Origin: Tepidisphaera sp.
GTDB taxonomy: Bacteria > Planctomycetota > Phycisphaerae > Phycisphaerales > UBA1924
Reading direction: 5' to 3'
DNA: 64,000 nucleotides
Assembly (NCBI GenBank): GCA_050916045.1
Contig: CP051526.1
Coordinates: 1,664,001 to 1,728,000, forward strand
The notes below the pieces were generated by a model. The model was not told the DNA's origin. It ran no database searches and saw only the letters and a list, made by a program, of their open reading frames with translations. Of the stretch, positions 58,953 through 64,000 are shown in pieces; within the stretch, counting starts at the first letter, position 1; each line of letters opens with the position of its first letter. The position numbers and the translations under genes were made by a program.

Positions 58953-61055
58953 TCAGTCTTTCGCCAGCGGCGCACGGCGGCGAGCGTTATCCGCGAGGAT
59001 CTCCTGCGTCCGCGCCGGGTTGTTCCGCCACGAATCGTCCTCGAGCGCGAGCAAAGCACGCGTCGCGAGGTAGTAGATCCGGCGCGTCGGCCGCGGATCG
59101 TTCTCGATCCGGCGCAGCAGGCCCTCCAGCTCCGCGAGCTCCTCCGCGGGAATGTCGGGCTTGGGCTCGCCCGGTTTGGCGTCAAGACGGCCTCTGGAAA
59201 CCGTCAGGATCTTTGCCGCCGCGCGCACGCCCTTGACCTCGGCGAGCCACGGGTCTTCCGGTTCGCACCGCGCGGTCCATCCCGCGACCGCGCGGTCCAT
59301 CACCTCCAGAGCCTCCGCGAACTTCTCGTCCTGAAGCAGCCAGATCCCTTCGAGAAGCGTCCAATTGAGATGCTCGACGCTCCCCTCGGGACTCGCGGCT
59401 TGATTCTGCCGGGCCTCCTCGATCCGCCTGTCCCAGATCCCCCTGCGATACCCGGACTCGTCGAAGAACGTCGGCCCGCTCATCGCTTCCATCAGGGTGA
59501 ACACGGGTGTCGAGCTGTCGCGCCACCGCGAGTCACGGGCGATGGTGAGGGTCTTGGTCGTCGTGGCCAGCAGCGTGCGCACGTTGTCGAGCGTCTTCTG
59601 TCCGGCCTGCTCGCGCTCCATGACCATCTTGAGATCCATCTGGTGCGACTGCGCCTGCTGCCACACGATGGCGCCGACGACCATGCCGGCGGCACCGATG
59701 ACCGCCGCGAGGGCGGCCGCCTGCTGCGGCGAGCGGCGGGCCCACATCGAGAATCGCCGCTTGAGCCCCAGCCCCATCCACTCGATCGGCTCGCCCGCCT
59801 GCCAGGCCCGCAGGTCCGAAGCCATCGCTTCGGGCGTCTGATATCGCTTGCGCGGGTCGAAGTCGACCGCCCGCGCGACGATGCGACGAAGCTCCGGGTC
59901 TTCGATCGAGGCGAGCTTGGCTTCAACGGTCGCGGCGTGGAGGTCCGGATTGGAGAGCGCACGCTCCGCGTCCGCCGCGGTCGAGCCGTGGAGCACCTGC
60001 CCCGTGAGGGCCCATGCGAGCGTCGCGCCGGTTGCGTAGGTATCGACGGTCGGCCGGCGCCACTCGCCGGCGCGGGAACGCTGCTCGGGCGCCATGAACC
60101 CCAGCGTGCCCCGGCCGGCGCCGCCGTCATCCCCGTGCTCGGCCCAGACCGACATGCCGAAATCCGCGATCTTGACGCGACCATCGGAATCCATGAGGAG
60201 GTTCAGCGGCTTGATGTCGCAGTGGAGCATCCCCGCGTTGTGAACGGCCTGGAGCGCCTCGCAGACATCGCGAACCGCGGCGACGGCCGCCGTGATCTTC
60301 TTCGAGTCAACGTTCTGGAACGCGTCGGCGAACGTGCGGCCTTCGAAGACCGGCGTGACGATGAAGACCTCGCCGTGCGGCGTGCAGCCCGCGTCGTAGA
60401 TCGGGATCACACCCGGATGGGCGACGTGGCGGGCCCGCTCGGCTTCGGCGAGTAGCTTGCGGAGCGGGACGTGCGACCCACGCTCGCCCCGGAGCAGTTT
60501 GACGGCGACCCACGCCGGCCGCTCGGAGGTTCCCAGTTCGTGATCGATCGCGCGGTAGACGGACGCGTGGCTGCCCGCGCCGATCCGGTGGATCAGTTGG
60601 TATCGCGGCTGACCGTCCTCGCTGGGCGAGCCCAGGCGGCGGGGGAGCTTCTCCGTGGGCGCCGGATCGGCGTCGATGTCCGAGCCCAGCAAGCTGCTCA
60701 GCACCTCGGCCGTGGTGATCGCTTCCTCCCACTCGGGGCATTCCGCCCGGATCTCCGCCATCGCGACCGCTCTCGCGGTTCCCTTGGCGATCTTGGCGTG
60801 CACGATCGCGCGGATCGCCGTGTCGACAAGCACCATCGATCCCGCGATCTCCGGGACCGCCAGATACTCGCGAAGCCCCACCGGCAGGTTGAGCATCACG
60901 CGCTGCTGCACATCCGCGCGGATCACGTCCGCCCACGTGTCCTCGTCCCAGTCCCCCGTCGCCGACGAAGCCACGAACCCGCGGAATCGCGATCCGCCCG
61001 AGCGACGGTTCCACTCCGCGAGACGCTCCGCGACACAATCCTTGACAAGTCTCAT
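58953..61055 (-). CDS. Ser/Thr protein kinase (ECF-associated) with TM
   Basis: GAGSHASVY, VAVK, HCDIKPLN, DFG, FMAPE; ATGA overlap with the sigma factor stop. Confidence 0.9.
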   Translation of the reverse strand: MRLVKDCVAERLAEWNRRSGGSRFRGFVASSATGDWDEDTWADVIRADVQQRVMLNLPVGLREYLAVPEIAGSMVLVDTAIRAIVHAKIAKGTARAVAMAEIRAECPEWEEAITTAEVLSSLLGSDIDADPAPTEKLPRRLGSPSEDGQPRYQLIHRIGAGSHASVYRAIDHELGTSERPAWVAVKLLRGERGSHVPLRKLLAEAERARHVAHPGVIPIYDAGCTPHGEVFIVTPVFEGRTFADAFQNVDSKKITAAVAAVRDVCEALQAVHNAGMLHCDIKPLNLLMDSDGRVKIADFGMSVWAEHGDDGGAGRGTLGFMAPEQRSRAGEWRRPTVDTYATGATLAWALTGQVLHGSTAADAERALSNPDLHAATVEAKLASIEDPELRRIVARAVDFDPRKRYQTPEAMASDLRAWQAGEPIEWMGLGLKRRFSMWARRSPQQAAALAAVIGAAGMVVGAIVWQQAQSHQMDLKMVMEREQAGQKTLDNVRTLLATTTKTLTIARDSRWRDSSTPVFTLMEAMSGPTFFDESGYRRGIWDRRIEEARQNQAASPEGSVEHLNWTLLEGIWLLQDEKFAEALEVMDRAVAGWTARCEPEDPWLAEVKGVRAAAKILTVSRGRLDAKPGEPKPDIPAEELAELEGLLRRIENDPRPTRRIYYLATRALLALEDDSWRNNPARTQEILADNARRRAPLAKD

Positions 61056-61672
61056 CGTGCATTCCCTTCCAGAACGGGCCGGAGCTTTCCTCGGATCTCG
61101 TGCCACCGCATCCGTACAGCCGACTCCGTCATATCCAGCGCTTCGGCGATCTGGCGGTGCGAGTGCTCGCAAAGCCAGAGCTTCAGGATCTCGCGATCCG
61201 CCGGACGGGCGAGATGGTCGGACGCCGTCTTCAGAATAGCGGAATCGTCCGAATCCGACACGTCTTGTTCCATCCTCGCCCTCAGGATCCCGGCGAAGGG
61301 TTCATCCTCGGAAGTGGCCCGCTCCAGCCGCTTGAGCACCCGCACCCGATCGACCACGGCGTGCTGGATGAGGGTCCCCACCAGCACCCAGAACGCCCGC
61401 TCGGAGTCGAGCGACGGAGCCCCGCGGACCATCATCGCGTCGAACCGGCGAGCGACCGTTGACCAGAGGTCCTCTGAATCGGTGACCCCGCGCAAGCTTG
61501 GCCGGATGCTCGCGCGGCACCGCTGCCTGATGAGGGGCCTGTACTGATCGAAGATCTTCGCCGCCGCCGCCCGGTCGCCGCGCCTCACCCGCTCGAAGAG
61601 GTCTTTCAGCGACTCAAGCTCGGTGATCCGCCCGGTCAGGGTGGGTGTCTTGGATGGAATGACGCTGTCCAT
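61052..61672 (-). CDS. ECF-type RNA polymerase sigma factor
   Basis: GDRAAAAKIF..Y.PLI, DSEDL (region 2); SHRQIAEALDMTESAVRMRW (region 4 HTH). Start uncertain. Confidence 0.85.
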   Translation of the reverse strand: MDSVIPSKTPTLTGRITELESLKDLFERVRRGDRAAAAKIFDQYRPLIRQRCRASIRPSLRGVTDSEDLWSTVARRFDAMMVRGAPSLDSERAFWVLVGTLIQHAVVDRVRVLKRLERATSEDEPFAGILRARMEQDVSDSDDSAILKTASDHLARPADREILKLWLCEHSHRQIAEALDMTESAVRMRWHEIRGKLRPVLEGNAR

Positions 61673-61787
61673 GCGCACATTAGACACAATTGTGAGCAGA
61701 TCCGCCAACGAAATTGCTGAGGTCTTCGCTTGCACTGCCTGAACCGATCAGGGGGGGATACCCCGATCCGTTCGGGAGCTGGTCGCA

Positions 61788-62195
61788 ATGCTGAATGTTG
61801 CATTTGTCGTGGCCGTGGCTTTGACGGGGCTGTCTGATTCGAACCCGCTGAAACCGAGTGAAACAAGCGGTTTCGTGGCCGTGGAACCCCCCGTTCCCGT
61901 CGAGGACGAGGAGATCGGCACGGAGGAACTCCTCATCCTTCTTCAGATGATGTGCGTCATCATGAACTGCAGCTTCACCCAGAACGGGGCGGAACTGTCA
62001 GTTCAGACATGGGTTGAAACCCACCGGACTTCCGGACTTCGGCCCCATCTCAGTCCCGAAATCCGTGCCGAAGCAGGGGTCAAACTCCAACGGATGGATC
62101 ATCTCGCCGCGTCCGGGGCTGGACGCCTCGCGCCCGCGCTCCGTGATGAGTTCCGGGAATCCATCGCGAACATCCTCGAGGAACTCGGCGAATGA
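61788..62195 (+). CDS. Hypothetical exported protein
   Basis: GGAG RBS; hydrophobic N-terminus; ATGA overlap with the next gene. Confidence 0.6.
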   Translation: MLNVAFVVAVALTGLSDSNPLKPSETSGFVAVEPPVPVEDEEIGTEELLILLQMMCVIMNCSFTQNGAELSVQTWVETHRTSGLRPHLSPEIRAEAGVKLQRMDHLAASGAGRLAPALRDEFRESIANILEELGE

Positions 62196-62512
62196 CACGC
62201 AAACTCGCGGCAAGCCAGATCGAAGCAAAGCTCGTTCGGCAGTCGGACCATCAGGACAAGATCGATGCCCTCGCCCAACGGGTCACGATGATCATCAACA
62301 CCATCCGGACGGACGGACGGTCGCTCCGCGCGGTCGGGCAGGCTCTTGGCATCAACCGCGAAACACTGCGGCGGATGTCCGTGGGCCAGTGCCCTTCGGC
62401 GGAACTGCTGATCCGACTCACGGAGGAGTTCGGCGTCTCGGCGGAATGGCTCCTGACGGGACGCGGGAACCAGTTTCGAAGCGATCGGGTCGGACACCAG
62501 ATCGCGAGTTGA
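62192..62512 (+). CDS. XRE/CI-like HTH transcriptional regulator
   Basis: SLRAVGQALGINRETLRR...PS..LL......GVSAEWLLTGRG. Confidence 0.8.
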   Translation: MTRKLAASQIEAKLVRQSDHQDKIDALAQRVTMIINTIRTDGRSLRAVGQALGINRETLRRMSVGQCPSAELLIRLTEEFGVSAEWLLTGRGNQFRSDRVGHQIAS

Positions 62513-62587
62513 GCCGGCGGCGCGGCGCCCGGGATGGCGATGATGCTTCATGGTGAAGCGGACCGCTGTCGCGCGCTCCGCGGGTGA

Positions 62588-63922
62588 TCAGCAGCCTGCT
62601 TCGAACGCGGAGACGTACCCGCTGTAGTCGAAGAGATCGACGAACCCGTCTTGATTGAAGTCCGCGTCTCCGCCAGTCTCGAACGCCGTCACGAAGTCGG
62701 TGTAGTCGAAGAAGTCGACGAACCCGTCGCCGTTAAAGTCCGCCGGGCATTCTTCGTTGACGGTGAAGGAGATCTCGGCTTGGTTGTCGGTTTCATCGCT
62801 TTCGAGCGACTCGGCGTGGGGATCGATCACGAATGAGAGGATGCCGCCGTTCTGGAGATCGGTCAGGATCCGTCGGCTTTCGATGAGGGCCTGCCCGTCG
62901 GCGGGGATCGAGGTCTGACGGAACGAGTCGATGACGACTCCGTCCAGAAGCACCGCGACGTCGAAGTCTCCGGACGCCAAGCCGCCGATGTTCCTGATGG
63001 AGAGGTTCGTGTAGACCGAATCGCCGGGTTGAAAGTCTGTTTGCGGGCTGGAGGATCCTTCGGCGGACGTCAGAAAGACCGCCGCCGGTCGGGACGAGCC
63101 CGGGACGAGACTGAAGTTGAGGTTGGCCGGATTCGCGCCGTCGACGCGGAAGTTCGCGAAGGCGTCGTTGTTTGACTCGTCGGCTTCCTGGATGGCGTTT
63201 CCATCATCAAGTCGCAGCTCAAGAGTGTGAGCGCCTGCGGGCGGGATCCCGATGTCGACGTTGCGCACCTGACGCCGCTGTCCCCGGCTCATGGCGGGAT
63301 AGAAGGAATCGAAGACCGGAAAGCCGTCGAGCAGAATTGTGACTCGAACCGTCGGGCTTGCGAACGCCGCACCGAGGTTCTGGTATCCGAAGCTGATGAG
63401 GACGGGCTGCCCACCCGGTATGACCGCGAGGCTTTGCGTGGCGCCCGGCACGTTTGAAGCGATGAGCGGTCCACTCCACCCCGCCGGCGTGTCCACGGCG
63501 AGATCGGGAACGGAGAGCGGGTTGACTGTGATGAACGCGATCTGGGTGTTGTTGCTGGTGTTGCCGTCATCCACGATGCGAACCAGCACTTGTACGCTTG
63601 TCGGCGTGCTGACCGTGGGCATCACGACCGAATCCTGGAACTGGAGCACGTCGCCGCCGTTCGGGAACGACCTCGGGGTCGTGTCGAAGCGCTGGCGAGT
63701 GTTGTCGACGAGAATCTCGTACGAACGCATCTGCCCGGCACCCGGCCCGCGGTTTTGCACGAAGAAATCGACCCGAACCGTCTCGCCACTCCGCGCCGGC
63801 GAGGGAGTCAGGAGAACGTCGGTGAGGTCCAGATCACCCGTTTGCGCCCTCGCGGCACGGCAGGGGGAACCCAGTGAGAAGCCCAAGACGAGGATCGCGA
63901 TGAGTCGACTGATCGTGAGCAC
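62588..63922 (-). CDS. Secreted CARDB-repeat protein with C-terminal GC-type dockerin-like anchor
   Basis: AAGGAG RBS and signal peptide; E.DE.NN CARDB ends; terminal CPADFNGDGFVDFFDY...FEAGC. Confidence 0.85.
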   Translation of the reverse strand: MLTISRLIAILVLGFSLGSPCRAARAQTGDLDLTDVLLTPSPARSGETVRVDFFVQNRGPGAGQMRSYEILVDNTRQRFDTTPRSFPNGGDVLQFQDSVVMPTVSTPTSVQVLVRIVDDGNTSNNTQIAFITVNPLSVPDLAVDTPAGWSGPLIASNVPGATQSLAVIPGGQPVLISFGYQNLGAAFASPTVRVTILLDGFPVFDSFYPAMSRGQRRQVRNVDIGIPPAGAHTLELRLDDGNAIQEADESNNDAFANFRVDGANPANLNFSLVPGSSRPAAVFLTSAEGSSSPQTDFQPGDSVYTNLSIRNIGGLASGDFDVAVLLDGVVIDSFRQTSIPADGQALIESRRILTDLQNGGILSFVIDPHAESLESDETDNQAEISFTVNEECPADFNGDGFVDFFDYTDFVTAFETGGDADFNQDGFVDLFDYSGYVSAFEAGC

Positions 63923-64000
63923 GGGACTCCTTCGGGCGCCGTCGCGCCGCAGCGGACTCACGGATGGTGCATCTCGGGGACACTCGCCCGCTCAAGCCCG

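Overview
High-GC bacterial DNA. The gene content (GC-type dockerin-like anchored proteins, an ECF sigma factor coupled to a Ser/Thr kinase) is consistent with Planctomycetota/Phycisphaerae; this is an inference. Bases 1-30200 are mostly core genome: a YtfQRT/YjfF-like sugar ABC transporter, tRNA-Lys, rpmF, fabH, dnaK with a sigma-54-type promoter, an rtcR/rtcB/rtcA RNA-repair locus carrying two paralogous unknown genes, two tRNA-Ser genes, apaG and an ArnT-like/PAP2 pair. A ~27.5 kb island follows, bounded by a 56-bp direct repeat of the tRNA-Ser(GGA) 3' end plus terminator (30215-30270 and 57732-57787), with no recognisable integrase. It carries decayed IS3 elements and a large FN3-repeat surface protein. 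Its most unusual part is a co-oriented module: a membrane-anchored degenerate ClpB-D2-like AAA+ protein, an intact ClpB-D2-like AAA+ protein, a VirD4/TraD-like coupling ATPase, two tiny membrane ORFs, small proteins with basic C-terminal tails (one an HNH nuclease), a degenerate zeta-toxin-like protein, a kinase-ankyrin receptor and an FHA-ABC transporter. I see no VirB4, relaxase or mating-pair genes. All protein calls come from motifs read by eye; no database search was run.
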